Assembly: GCA_020891255.1 (NCBI GenBank)
Contig: BQFW01000004.1
Span: forward strand, 806,001-870,000
Source of the DNA: Entomortierella parvispora E1425
Lineage: Eukaryota > Fungi > Mortierellomycota
Direction: 5' to 3'
Length of the DNA stretch: 64,000 bases
This document shows positions 39,504-52,590 of the stretch, in pieces. Made by a program: the position numbers and the translations under genes. The notes beneath the pieces are model-generated. The model had not been told where the DNA came from, did no database searches, and saw nothing but the letters and a program-made list of their open reading frames with translations. Numbering within the stretch: position 1 is the first letter of the stretch; each line of letters starts with the position of its first letter.

Positions 39504-41281
39504 ATGGGATCGTCCTCCAATCGTAGCTATAGCACCTCCTCGCGAAGCAGTGTCAGCGGCATGAGCAACATCAGCAGCAACAACCACGATGCCGTGTCCG
39601 GTAAGCAACCAGCATGCATTCCTTCATTCCACCCAATTACCAACCTTCTTTTTTCGGACCCTGTTTCTGGCTGTTTCTGCCTCTGGTTTCTTTCTGGTCC
39701 TGAGCTGATCACCCGCGTGTTCAGTTCTGACGGATGGGGAGGAAACGCTGTTTTTTGGTGCTACCATCGCGAGGAGATGCAAAACTCTGGATGTGAGAGC
39801 AATCTGCTCATTCCCTTCCCCATTCCGTGTTTGCCTTGTCCGTCCCAGGGAGTGTTTCTGTCAAAGAGTACACGCCGAGGTGTACAAGCGGAAAAAAAAA
39901 ACATGGGGGATGTGCCTGGTTTTTTTTCTCTTTCTAACAGCGTTCTCTGTCGACTGTCTGCAATAGACAGGAACATGGAGTTCATCTGGTGGCTCGCCAA
40001 CAGACTGACTAGCTACGACGAGGATATGCACAAGGAGATCCTCGAGGACTTCTTCACAGACGATGCCAAGTAGGTTTCTGATCTAGGACTGCAAAGAACA
40101 CAAAGGGGGTTGACAGTGAACAAAGAGAAACAGGTGGACAGTGGGGACCCAACGACTGTGCCCAACCCCTGCAGCGCACGCATGAAAAGCCTCTACTGCT
40201 TATTTTTATCCCCTGTGAACTGGGTCCGATCTTCCAGTGCAGCACAGGCAAAGGCACTCGCGCACCGCAGCACGAGCATGCAACAACAAAAGAACATCGC
40301 ATGATCTGGCCGAAACTGTGATCATTCGTGGACCTGGCTGCGATATCGTCGCGGGACAAAAAGAGGCATGGGTGAGGATAGAGTGCTTATGCTGTCATCG
40401 TTCTCTCTTCCTTTCATAGATATGTTCACCCTGCGCTGACGGTAGAAGGGCGCTACAACATCCGGAAAGTTTTCCGAGTGTGGACCTCACTCAACAAGGA
40501 CGAACCCGAAGTCACCAACATTGTCTTTGAGTATGTGCTGGACGAGTTTGCCGGAATATCGATCTATTTTAGCAACATCGCCTACCGTGTGTTTTTTGAT
40601 TGACACTCTTTCTCACTCGCTTTCTCTTTGTCTCCTTGTTGGATCTGACTTTATAGCGGACACACTGCCATTATCTCCCTTGTTCAGAACTTGAGGCCAC
40701 GCGTGTTTCCACTTTTACACCTTCAGGTGCCTGCAACGACCACTCTTCACTTCAAGGACACGCCTGAAGGACCAATGATCTACAGTCACCAGGACTCTTG
40801 GACATTGGAGGGCATTGTGCAGAGTATGCCTCTCATCGGATGGTGGTACGATCATGTTGCTAGGTAAGTGCACTTGCGTACATGCCACAGGCTCACGCCA
40901 CCATTTTTTTTTTTTTGATCCGATTACCAAAGACTTGAGCACTGACCCATTGCTATGCTCTTCTTCGCCCTAACTAGAAATGTGCTGGGTTCCGTCTTGA
41001 CGAGCGCTGGCGGTTTCCTGCACACAGCGAATCAAACAACAGGATACCTTCAGTTTCGAGCGGAGGAGGTGACGAGGATGTCCAATTCGATCATTGAGCA
41101 ATCCAGTCAGGAGATTCAGCTTCGCAGCAGAGAAATGACCGCCAAGGCTCAGCTCATGGTGGATCAAGCCAAGGACACCATGGAGAAGCGGGTGGCCTCT
41201 GCTCGAGACGAGGTGGAGAGGATGCGACAGTTGATGCGTCCGACCCCTGCGAAAGCCATCACAGCCAATGATGTGGTGTGA
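39504..41281 (+). CDS. Conserved hypothetical protein with SnoaL/NTF2-like domain and C-terminal helical tail, multi-exon
   Basis: Spliced reading: ILEDFFTDDAK|YVHPALTVEGRYNIRKVFRVW..GHTAIISLVQNL..VPATTTLHF..IYSHQDSWTLEGIVQSMPLIGWWY. GT-AG junctions keep the frame. Confidence 0.7.
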
Positions 41282-41628
41282 ACGGTGCAAAAACACCACT
41301 CTTCTCACTTTGGGATGACTTTTCAAAGAGTTTTATATTTTTTTCCCCGGCACAACAAGAGGGCAGGATCTCTCATCGAGACAAGCAGATACCATCGACC
41401 CATTTCTATTTCTATACTGATTTTTGTGATCTGACTTGACCGCTAATACTCAATATCACTCTCTCGACTATACCACCACACCACCCTGAACCCGCCACCA
41501 CTGTCCTTTCCCCAACCCCACTTAAACTACACATAGAAAACACAAAAAAGACTCCTGGGGAGGGGGGAAGAAACCAGTCGTTATACACCTTGTAAATACA
41601 TTAAAAAAATCGCTCTGCTCGATTTAAT

Positions 41629-43317
41629 CTACGTGGCGCGACCTTTGCAGAGATCTGGCCTCTCTTCCACCAGTCGTCCCAGCTCAGATCCTAGATCTCC
41701 TGTGTACATTCTTCGACAAGACTCTTTCCAAGATCTTTGCTCGATGACCATGTGATCGCGCAATTTAGTTTGAATCCTGACCCATTTGGATTGAATAAAG
41801 CTTGGTGGCCGTCCTGGAAGGAACTGTCGATGGATCTTGGCCCAAGAAGGGCCCACAGAATTCAGTCCACGAGCAAGAGCGAGAAGTTCATCCTTTTGCC
41901 AGCTCCGCTTTGCAACGGGAACTACAAAGGACATTCGATTCCAGCGACTCTTGCATTGGCTCGGAGTGAATTTTCCACCCATCTCCTTGGCGACTCTGAA
42001 CCAGTCGATCAAGAGGGTTCTAGATTCAGATATTGACGGAGACGACTGCCCTGGTTCACTGTGCAATTGGCTGGTAATGATGTGTTCTAGTCGGTCCGAC
42101 TGCTCGGCAGTCCAGACTAATCGTTCAGGCTTTTCCTTGAGATTATTCTTGGAGGGTCCTTTGCTCAGGACTAACGAGACGTATTTGTCGTCCATGATGT
42201 CCGCCAAAGAGTCAACATCCTTGGAGTGCCTTAACCTGTTGATTGTGAGTTTGAGCCAACGCTTTCGACACTCGTCGCCGGTATGATCGCCCGGAATATG
42301 GCTGGCAATTAAGGTCCAATTGCGTTTGCTAGCCTCCTCCTGAAGTGCCTCCATCCACGATCCTGACCCTGACTCTGGTGGTATCCCATGATCATCCTTG
42401 AAAGAGAGAGAACTGCTGCCTTGTTGCTGCTGATGACCAACCTCTTTCACCAATTCCGAATCCTCCTCCACTGTCCAGACTTGTCGTAGACGTTCCATCT
42501 TTGTGTATCGGATGCGCAGATATTCGGCACTGAAAGCAGAATCAAAGACTTCTTTGGCCAGCAGGTCCCATTGATCCTCTCCATACGTTTCCTGGACACT
42601 TTTCCTCAGCAGCTTTTGATCCGATGGGGTCATCACTGGTGACAGCCAGGGCGCCTTTCCTTTGTGTCCCTGACGCGTTTCATCCTCAATTGTATTCTCG
42701 TTGCCAGCAACAAGATCGACCGATTCCTTTCGCACGACCCGCCAACGTTCCTGACAAGCCGAGGCCTTCACATTGCCAAACAGATTCGCAATGGCTTTCC
42801 AGCCAAAGCCCCGTTCGACCAAACATCGGAGAGCTTGATCTCTGTTGCTGAAGCGAGTCTGAGAGTCCACATCCACTACGTGATCCTCAATCCAGAAGGA
42901 AGTTCCATGACCAGGATTGATGACGGCATTGAAGCGTCGATTGCAGGCTTGGCGGGATCGACCGAGTTCTTGACTGATCTGTAGCCAAGTCAGACCTTGC
43001 ATTCGAAGGTGGAGCAATCGATCGTCGTCCTGAGCTGTCCAAATAGCATTGTTGCGTTCCTTATCGCTCCTGGAATGTATCCGAAGTCTTGGGGAAGCTG
43101 ACGTGGATGTTGGTGGTGTTGGTTTCGGCGGTGTCAAAGACGGAGACTTGTCCGAGGGTGATCTCTGCCCTGACGAAAAGGCGGATCGATGAAGAATGGG
43201 TCGCCATGGAGGTAAGGTCCTGCTGTGAAGAGAGGTGAAGGCAGCAAAAAAAGGATGGCAGGGAGAAGATGTCGAAGCAAAGCAGACAAAGCGAGGCGTG
43301 AGGATGCGCCGTGCCAT
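41629..43317 (-). CDS. Protein with about six Myb/SANT-like repeats, intronless
   Basis: WTAQDDDRL..W..I...LGRS..ACNRRF; WTVEEDSEL..NWTLIASHIPGDHTGDECRKRW; WTAEQSDRL..DW..VAKEMG..TPSQCKSRW; SWQKDE..SWAKI..LPGR. The first ATG is at 43317; the track start is a GTG. Confidence 0.85.
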   Translation of the reverse strand: MARRILTPRFVCFASTSSPCHPFFAAFTSLHSRTLPPWRPILHRSAFSSGQRSPSDKSPSLTPPKPTPPTSTSASPRLRIHSRSDKERNNAIWTAQDDDRLLHLRMQGLTWLQISQELGRSRQACNRRFNAVINPGHGTSFWIEDHVVDVDSQTRFSNRDQALRCLVERGFGWKAIANLFGNVKASACQERWRVVRKESVDLVAGNENTIEDETRQGHKGKAPWLSPVMTPSDQKLLRKSVQETYGEDQWDLLAKEVFDSAFSAEYLRIRYTKMERLRQVWTVEEDSELVKEVGHQQQQGSSSLSFKDDHGIPPESGSGSWMEALQEEASKRNWTLIASHIPGDHTGDECRKRWLKLTINRLRHSKDVDSLADIMDDKYVSLVLSKGPSKNNLKEKPERLVWTAEQSDRLEHIITSQLHSEPGQSSPSISESRTLLIDWFRVAKEMGGKFTPSQCKSRWNRMSFVVPVAKRSWQKDELLALARGLNSVGPSWAKIHRQFLPGRPPSFIQSKWVRIQTKLRDHMVIEQRSWKESCRRMYTGDLGSELGRLVEERPDLCKGRAT

Positions 43318-43746
43318 GGAGAACAGGATGGACACTCACGAATGCATGAACTTTGCCTGTTCGTGTTGCTCTTTTGTTTGCATCCATGGGGGTGCGATCA
43401 AGAAAAAAGAACAGCACACAGGGGAGAGCAGCAGGAGCAGTCACGGAGCATTTTAGACTTTGATTAGATCGCACCCCCCACTTGGATGCGTTCTGACTCC
43501 CTTTCCTGTCATCGTGTGCGTGAGAACGGAAAAGCATATCTGCCAGAGATATAAAGGAGAAGACTTTCCTGTATCTCTTCACTCTTTTCTCTTCCTTTTC
43601 TTCATCTTCACCACGCTTCTTCACCTTTGATATTTGCCTGCATATCTACCTGCTATCTCCTTGCTATCTCACAAATATCGACAGCACAGCAAGTCGCTTC
43701 TTTTTCTCTCTTCATTCTCTTTCAACACACCACCAAGATATCCACT

Positions 43747-45265
43747 ATGGCCACCGCAACTTCACAATCAGATGCCCCAGCAGCCCGCAAGCTCTGGGGT
43801 GGTCGCTTCACAGGCAAGACCGATCCTCTTATGGAAAAGTTCAACGCCTCCATCTCTTTTGACTGCCGCTTCTACAAGGCCGACATTGTCGGTTCCCAGG
43901 CCTACGCCAAGGCCCTGGCTCTGAAAAAGATTATCACCGAGGACGAGGCCGCCAAACTCCACTCGGGACTCGACCAAGTTCTTCAAGAATGGGAGTCCAA
44001 CTCGTTCCAGCTTCAGGATGGCGACGAGGATATCCACACCGCTAACGAACGTCGTCTGGGCGAGATCATCGGGACTCCCATCTCTGGTAAACTCCACACA
44101 GGACGATCCCGCAACGATCAGGTTGCCACTGATTTCAGGATCTGGGTCCGTGATGAGGGACGCAAGCTGGTCTTGGTCCTCAAGGAGCTCATCGGTGCTG
44201 CTGTGGTCCGGGCAGAGAATGAGATTGATGTGATCATGCCCGGTTATACCCATCTTCAGCGCGCTCAACCTATCCGCTGGTCTCATTTGGTTCTCTCCCA
44301 CGCCTGGAGTTGGCATGCTGACTGTCAGCGTCTGGAACAGTTGCTGGATCGATTGAACCAATTGCCTCTTGGATCCGGTGCATTGGCAGGAAACCCCTTC
44401 CAGATCGACCGCGACTTCTTGGCCAAGGAGTTGGGCTTTGACCGATTGATGCCCAACTCGCTTTACGGCGTGAGCGATCGTGACTTTGTGGCCGAGTTCC
44501 TGTTCTGGGCTTCGTTGACCATGGTCCATATCAGTCGCTTTGCAGAGGATTTGATTATCTATAGCTCAGGCGAGTTTGGTTTTGTTCAGCTTGCTGACGC
44601 TTACAGGTAAGCCGCCTCGTTCTTTTCTCTTGGTCTTCTCCACACATTTGGCCCTGAATCAAGATGACAGTGAAAGCTAATCTTTTTTGTCTGTGACTCT
44701 TTTTTTGTCTTTTAGTACTGGAAGCAGTTTGATGCCTCAGAAAAAGAACCCGGACAGCTTGGAGCTGTTGCGTGGCAAATCAGGAAGGGTCTTTGGAGGA
44801 ATGTCTGGGTTCATGATGGCCTACAAGGGCACACCCAGTACCTACAACAAAGATCTTCAGGAGGACAAAGAGCCCGTCTTTGACGCATACGACACCCTGA
44901 TGGGATCCCTTCAAATCACCACTGGCGTACTCGCCACACTGAAGGTCCGCCCCGAGAGGATGAAGGCCTCTTTGAGCATTGACATGTTGGCGACCGATCT
45001 GGCCGAGTACTTGGTCCGCAAGGGAGTACCGTTCCGTGATACCCATCATATTTCTGGCGAGGCGGTTCGTTTGGCTGAGGAGCGTCAGTGCACGATGGCG
45101 GACTTGACGTTGGAGGACTTTAAGGGTCTCCATCCTTCGTTTGAGGCCGATGTGTCCAAGGTGTGGAACTATGAGCAGAGTATCGAGAACCGGTGTACAT
45201 CCGGCGGCACGAGTCGCGTCACTGTGCAGGCACAGATTGACAGCCTCAAGGCCTTTTTGGCGTAG
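43747..45265 (+). CDS. ARG4: Argininosuccinate lyase (one intron, 44607-44715)
   Basis: KLWGGRF; [12 protein letters not shown]; [15 protein letters not shown]; [12 protein letters not shown]; S|[17 protein letters not shown]; [10 protein letters not shown]. Confidence 0.97.
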
Positions 45266-45791
45266 ATTGAAAAAAGACCTACGGAAGCGGCTGTCGGCAC
45301 TCACTCTTTGTCATGAAAATCATGTATGTAGAAAAGAACACTCAATATACTGTCACTTTCGAACCAACAACAAAGCTGCAGTTCGTCGGAACCCTGTAGA
45401 TTAGGAAGAAACCGAATACCACGCGGGAAGGACCTGGGGAAGCAAAAGGAAGCAGGGAAGCTGCACGACGAGTGAGCGACCAGCGGAATTGAGACCGGAA
45501 GTGCCGAGTTGGGACATGGGCGCAGATCGCCGTGTGCGGAGTCTTTGTTTTCCGCAATTTTCCTGGCCACAAGCGAAAATGACGGTACAAGTGACTGCGA
45601 GGCTCTGGTGGCATATAAAAGATGGCTCTCTCCTCGTGCGTCCTTTCTTTGAATCACATTCATTCATTCATTCTCATTTGCATTCACTCGCTTTTTTCTT
45701 TCGTTCTCTCGTTTGTTCTCTGGACCCACTCCACTCCACTCCTTTCCTTTCCTTTCCTTTCTTTCTCCTTATATAATCCAATACTCCCATA

Positions 45792-46337
45792 ATGCGTCTT
45801 ATCAAGCAGAACGACGACGATGCCGCCGCTGAGGCCGCCATGCGCGGTGGTGCCATTGGTGCCCTCAAGTACGGAACCGTTGCCCTCTTTGTTGGAGGAG
45901 TTCTTCATGCCACCGTCCCAAGATTCCGCGCCATTCGTCCCCCTCAGAAGGTAAAACTCCTGTCGATAACCACCTTTAAAGAGTTTTTCAGTCGTTACTT
46001 TGTCTCTGCAACAATGGCTGTTTATCCGTGAGAAAAAAAACCTCCCTCCCCTCGACCGTTGTTGACACCCGTTATCTTTTGCGCTCTTCTTTAGGGTTGG
46101 TTGATGGTTGCAGCACTGTTGGGAGGATTCGGCAATGGATCAGATACCGCCTTCACCAACTTTGAGCGTCGTGATCGGGAGATGCAGATCAAGTTGGCGA
46201 ACCAGAGACGCCATGATATTTTGTACGGATCACCCGAGGAGAACATGGCGGCTGCTACAGCTGCTGCCGCCGCCGCCGCCGCCTCCTCATTATCATCACC
46301 TGCTACCTCCTCAGAGTCAACACCCGCCTCTGCATAG
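45792..46337 (+). CDS. Small two-helix membrane protein (resembles the HIG1/Rcf2 N-terminal region), one intron
   Basis: AAMRGGAIGALKYGTVALFVGGVL..PRFRAIRPPQK|GWLMVAALLGGF..AFTNFE. GT at ~45951, AG at ~46094. Confidence 0.6.
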
Positions 46338-46708
46338 ATCAACTGTTTTCAGGATGCAGACAGCTGAAAATTAGCAAAAAATAAAAGTTGACAGAAAAGA
46401 TAGGGAAACCGAACCTGAGAAAAAAAAAACTCTATAAAACTCTCTCCAAACCATTGGAAATAGCCACAGAATGAAAAGGTCTGCGCGGAGCAATTGCTGG
46501 CAATAGAAAGCCGATCTCGGGTGTTCTTTGATGTGAACCTAAAAAAAATGTGTGTGTGTGTGTGTGGAGGGAAAGCTCTTCCAATTCTGTAGTTAAATGC
46601 TTTATGTGCTGGAGTGAAAAAAATACGGAAAGAGGAGGAAGAGTCATTTGTCCGCTTGCCTCGGTATAGTAGTTTTTGGTCCGCCAACCCTGTTTTATCT
46701 AGTCCTGT

Positions 46709-49399
46709 CTAGTGCTCGCCTCCGCCACCTCCGCCACCGCTACCAGGAATGCCTTCTGCTCCAGCCTCAGCCTCAAACGGCGCAGTATCATAATAAAAAG
46801 CAATGGCACACATGAGGAACGCCGCCAGCAACATGCAGCCCTCCAGCCAATGGGTCTCATTGTCCTGCAACAGAAAATTGACAATCAAGACCGAGCCCGC
46901 AAAGATGACGGCCTCCAAGACCGTGAACCGAAAGGTCATGGGCACATCAATGATCCACCCCAAGATCACCAACAGAGGCGTCACCAGAAGCGAGATCTGC
47001 ATGCAACTGCCAATCATCAACGCAATCGAACGATCCATCCTGTTGGCTCGACTTTCCCGGATCGCAATGACTTCCTCCTGAAGATCCGAGATCAGCACAA
47101 TGGGCAAGAGGACAAAACCCACAAACGAATCGTTCAGCCTGAATTGTTTCCCAAGTGACTCGACCGAATGGACCAAGAGGTTGGCGGAATAAATCTGGGC
47201 CGTCAACATGACAGAGTAACCAAAGCCTGCAAACCAATAATGGACATGGCGTTTGTGCACCGTGTGGGATCCTTGATGCTTGGCTTCTGGGGTGACCATA
47301 AACGTCCGAGAGCGGTATTGGAAGAGAAGGCAGCAACCGTACAGGATCAACATGAGCACTGCCATGATTTTGCTAATGGTCAAGATGTCTCGATCTACAA
47401 CCAGTCGAATTTCTTCTTGAACTATCGACATTGCAGTTTCGTTCAGGGCCAAAGAGGGCTCTTGCTGTAGAACGGCGGTGGTACGAAGGTCCTTGAATGT
47501 GGCGGCGAGAGCGACGGGGATCACGTACGAAATGCAGGCAATCATGAGAATGTTCATGCCGGTTTGAGACGTGTCGGCCTGGATCTCTTGCCGATGGTGA
47601 TAGAATCCTCCAACGGACAATGCGATCCCCAACATCTGTAATATAAGAATGATATCAGGTCAGATGCCTTTCGGTCAATGGGAATATACAGGCAATGGCT
47701 AGATCATGACATTACTAGTAGCAGGTTGTTCAGGATGGCTCCGAGGCAGGCAGCTTGCACGACGCGAACGTGTCCTCGCATGAGCGCAAAAGCCGCAACT
47801 GCCAACTCGACGGAACTACTCGTCATAGCGTCAAATACACTGACGATACTCTAGATTTTCGACAGAACAGATCGCAACTTGTCAGCATAGCCAGCATTTT
47901 TTTCATTCTCGGAGATTCCTTCTGGTGGAGGCGATAAAAGTACATACCATGCCTAGTTTTGGAACCAACTCTTCCAAACAAGCGCCTGCAGCCTTGCCAA
48001 GATGCATCATGGCCAACATATTGAGCACAAAGACTACCACATTGACCCATTTGCTCAACATTAGATTCTCCTCTGCTTCTTCCAATCCCTCCTTCCCTGC
48101 TGCCACTTTGCCGCCAAACACATTGTTCATAGTGCTGTGTGGACTCGTATCCGGCATGGTCTCCCCTGCCAATTCATACTTCAACTCCAGTTCGTGTTCC
48201 ATCTGCGCCATTAATACATTGGGGATGATCCAGGCTGGAATAATTAAAAAGACCAAGAAGAACCTCCGCACAAACGTCCGTGCAGCCTTCCAGTTATCCC
48301 GAGTGTTTCTGTAGGGGAACAAGTTTCGATCAGGCCGGTAGCCATGCAAGAAATCCGTAATTGCTTCATGAGGATGGGGGTGCGGCTCATGGTGTGTTGT
48401 ATCCTCATCGTGATCGTGCCCATGATCATGATCATGTTCGTCAATGTCAATGTCAGCCAGATCCGTAGGGAGTTTAAGAACGGTCGCTTTGAGTTCAAGG
48501 GCGTCCACTTTGGATCGCGGCCTCTTGTTCCTGAAACCTCGCCTGACTTTGGATCCGTAAAGAAGAGGAGGAGAGGGTGGTCCAGTATCGACAACAGCGG
48601 ATGTTGATCCAGACTGGACCTGTAGCCCTGGTGTGGATCGGGCTGATTGAGCGTCACCATGGTCTCGCTCATTCCCACTGGCACCCTCTTGCTCTTCACC
48701 ATCCAGGTAGTGCAACAGTCCCGAAGTATCCAGTTCTGCCGTTGCAAGCTCACTGCCAGATCCAGGCGTCCCTGATCCTGCACCCTGGACCCTATCCCTG
48801 TTTCGTCGTTTCTGGATCGCCTTGCGATACGTGGCCCCCCTGCGAGTGGGCAGAAATTGTTCCAAGGTCATGTTTTGGATCCGTTCTGTCGATTCTGACA
48901 AGGTCGATGGTAGTTGTTTCGAGGCCAGAGGCGTGGGTGGCGGCGGTGGTAGTGGTACTGAGGGTGGCGGCGGGGATGGGTAACGATGGCGTCGAAGTCG
49001 AGAGTTCATGACCAGGGACCGTTGCGGTCGCAGCTCGCCACACTCTGCTGAAGCTTGTTGCTGATTCCTTCTGCGACTCCTTGCTGCCGAGGGCGAGGAA
49101 AAGATGGAGGTCGATATACCATCGCCTCTTCCCGACGTGGCTACTGATGGTCGTCGATGGGCGAAGGCTCCGTCATGGCGTTGATTGTGATTTGAAGACG
49201 ACTCTGAGTTGGAGAGCAACGCGCTGGTGTCCGGAAGTGCTGGTGGTACCAAATAGTCCCTGAACGAGGCAGGGTCCGGGCGTCGCGGTACCAGTGGTAC
49301 GCTGTCGGTGACAGTGGACGACAAGGAGGTCGCCGTCCCATCGGAGCCGGGGTGGGGATCGTCCTGAAAATGTATTGTTCCTGAAGTGGGATGTGACAT
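46709..49399 (-). CDS. Ca2+/H+ exchanger (CAX/VCX1-like), atypical, with a long disordered N-terminus; 3 exons
   Basis: MMHLGKAAGACLEEL; VQAACLGAILNNLLLV; FVGFVLLPIV; MDRSIALMIGSCMQISLLVTPLLVILGW; THWLEGCMLLAAF. Confidence 0.85.
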
Positions 49400-50952
49400 G
49401 TCTGTTCCTCTTTGTTTCTGTGAGATGCTGCTTTATTCAGACCGTGGGCGAGCTTTTCTGGACCAGATGAGTCGGTGGACGTGATGTGACGGGGGAGAAA
49501 GGTTGAAAGTGGAAGAAAGAAAAGACAAAAAGAGAGAAAGCTTGAGGCGGATGGAAGTACACCCGAGGACATCAGCCAACTGCAAACATTGGACAGCTCG
49601 ATCTGCAGGAAATCAACACGAGAAGGGGGGGAAGGGAGCAGGGGCAAGGATGTGAACGATGGAAAAGGAAGCCAAAGTAAAAAGGGGGACAAGGGAAAAA
49701 AATAAGAAAAGACATGGTGGACGAATGTAACAGACTGGGCAGAGGCAGAAAGGTGTGAAGACAAGAGGCAGACCACAGGCAGGACAGAGGCCGAGCCCAA
49801 TAATCGCTCCAACTTGAGGCAGATTGACCGTGCCGAGGTCTTTCTCTACCAGGGTCCCTTCAAGCGCGGTAGATTGTTATATACCCAGGATACCACTTGT
49901 TTCCAATGACCCGGTAAGGAGACAGCGGCAGGGGCAGGGCGCAGTGAAAAAGAAAAAAAAAAAAATGTAGTGCGTTAGTGCTCTGGGGGACGACGGCGCA
50001 AAGTAACAGATGAAGTTGCTGGCTCCTGGCCTTTTGCCCAAAATAAATCGTCCTTGGTAAATAAGAAACAAGAAGCCGCAATGTAGGATTGACAAACACG
50101 ACACGAAGATGACAAGAAGGACACCACACCACGCAACACTGCAAAAAGTACATGCAAGAAGTAAAGTGGAAAGAGGAAAGAGATATCGAGTGAGAGGGGA
50201 AGGAAGGGAGCAGTTAAATGCAGCAAAAGAGTCAACTAGGAAAGATTGGCCCGGGTCCACAGTACAGTGCATGGTTGAATGGAAAAACTACGATAGCTCA
50301 CACAATCAAGAGTTGCCAGAATCTGCGCTCAACTCGATCCAACACCAACAAATAACTCCTGTTCGAAGAATCCCGCTTCGAGGTTTTTGCACGCTTACGA
50401 CCCTGGTCGTTCGAACGTTTTCCTCACCCTCTTCTTCGCACACACAATTCTCTACTGAGGTTTATCATTTTTCCTTCCCTATCTCTCTGAGGGTTTTCTC
50501 CTTTTCTCCTCTCGTAATCAAGTCAATCCTTTTGAGTTTACCTTTTCAAAATCTGATGATTTTACTTCCTTTTCCTCAATGGCCATCCTCTTTCGAGCAT
50601 CTCCCTGGACATAAAAACTCGCCTGGGGCTTCTGTGACGGATCAGGCATCCGACCCCTAATATTTTTAGTTGACGAAGATATATCAGCGCCTCCAGCGCT
50701 CTCGTTAGATTGGGCCTGGCCTTGCTGCCACAAGGCAGTAGCTCCCGCTTGGAGGTCGCGGACCACGAAACCAGGGTGCATGGGCCATCATAGACGGGTT
50801 GTGCAATGCAAAAGCATTTTATTTAGTCGGCTTCTCTTGGATGGAGCAGGCGCACCAGCGTATATGTACTTACAATTGACAAACAGACAATAAACCACCA
50901 TACCGCGAGGGACCCTTTGATAAGACCCCCCCCCCCGACTCTGTAACTATTA

Positions 50953-51750
50953 CTAATGACTTGTTCCCAAAAATTCGGCCGAATTAAGTAGCAAGTGCTC
51001 TTCTGGAGAGAGTGCGTATTTCACTGTGGTCCTTCCAAGTTCAGGCTTCACATTTTGTTTGTAGTGATTTCTGACGTTTCCAAAAGGAAGATATACACAG
51101 ACAACGGTGTATTTGTTATTGCCTACTCCACCATCGTCTTGGCAGGAACCACAGCCAATTTCTGTGGTTTCCTTCCACAAGAGCTGAGTAAAGGTTACTA
51201 GAGAAGAAGAAAAGAGAAAGGGCCGGTATATAATATGATCTTAGTAAAGAGCCACGGATGGTTCATATAAACCAATTATGATAAGCGCGCTTACACCAAT
51301 TGGGGTAAGGATTTTCCACGTTGTAATTATAGTCTTTAGACTTCTCCACCTGGGCAAGGCCGAGAATGGCGACTTTGTAGTTGACATGCAAATCCCGACC
51401 AGTTAGTCTGATTACCGATTCGCCATACTAAATGGACATGTGAGAGGCACAACTTAGTATTCTTATCAGTTATTACACCCAAATGGAAGAGCAGAGCCAG
51501 TTATCCATACCTTGGGATCTGCACCAGGAGGGGAGTAACTCAAAGGATGCCCACACTTAGCAGTAGCACGGTTGATTGCGTATTTTGCTGCTTCCTCATT
51601 CCATGTAAGAGGTGCAGATCGATGGGCCTGGCGAATGCTGTTGTGGATGCTTAGAATCTCATTGATCTGGTCTGGGTTTGGTGCGGCGGCCGTTGTGCCC
51701 CGTACTAGAGTGATAGCCAAGGCGAGGAGAGGGGCGATGTGAAGAAGCAT
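50953..51750 (-). CDS. Secreted CAP/SCP (PR-1/Pry-like) protein, about 3 exons
   Basis: Signal peptide MLLHIAPLLALAITLVRG; ILSIHNSIRQAHRSAPLTWNEEAA; FTQLLWKETTEIGCG..YTVVCVYLPFGNV. Confidence 0.85.
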
Positions 51751-52590
51751 GATGACGGCAAGTAGTTTGATGCAAGAAGCGAAAGTTCGCCACGGTATTT
51801 ATACCCAATTGGATGGTGACATAAATACATTTTCTGGCTCTCCCACGATGTGCTCGATTCAGAAACCCAGGACAAGGAAGGAGCTTATCAATGATTGCAC
51901 CATTTCTAATGGATTTGGAATAAGAAATGCAGGAGAATGAGAAAGCAAAATCTGGTTCCCGTGGGTCGGACTCCTTGGTGGAGTCCCGCTGTAAACGGAT
52001 AAAATAAAACGTCGCTATGATCGCTTGGCTGCCAGTTGTCTGCACCCTTTTTTCAGCATCCCCGTCGGGTCTTTCGCGTCCCTCCTCTCCTTTTTTCTGC
52101 ATCCCATCTTTTGATCTGCCTCCCCCAACTGTTTTTCTGTATCCTCGTCTTTTTCTGCATCCCTCCCCTCGAACCATTTTTTTCTATCCTTGCCCTTGAT
52201 ATCCCTTTTTTCCCTCCCTCTCTTAAAATCTACCTGGCATCTTTTTTTTTGTCCCTCAAGGGGAAGCAATTGAGGTTTTTTCTCTGCCCCTCGGAAGATC
52301 TTTTTTCTGGCTCTCCCTGGCATATCGTTCTTTGCCTCTCCCCTAGTATCTCTTACTTTGCTCCGTCTCCCTAGCCTTTGCTCTGATCTGTCTCTTTTGA
52401 CTTTTTTCTTTCTCTACCCCATGTTCCTTTCCTCCATCCCATCTCTTTCCTAGGCTCTATCCCCTTGACGTTTCCATGCTCTGTTTCCTTATGATATTTC
52501 AGGATTTTCTATCGTTTCCCCTACTGTCCGCTCCCGGATCAGGCCCTTAATATCTTCTTCCGTCTCGTCATTACTCGTACCTCTACTTAC

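Noticed and set aside
38266-39564. ORFs of 130-270 aa upstream of the NTF2-like gene
   Set aside because: They arise from CT-rich promoter/UTR sequence and have no protein-like motifs.
1-46337. Functional cluster of mitochondrial genes (PPR, GCAT, PTH1, Rcf2-like, Myb)
   Set aside because: They are scattered among unrelated genes, and this density is plausible by chance.
50109-50800. Possible mobile-element or gene remnant between CAX and CAP
   Set aside because: No recognisable domain, terminal repeat or splice pattern.
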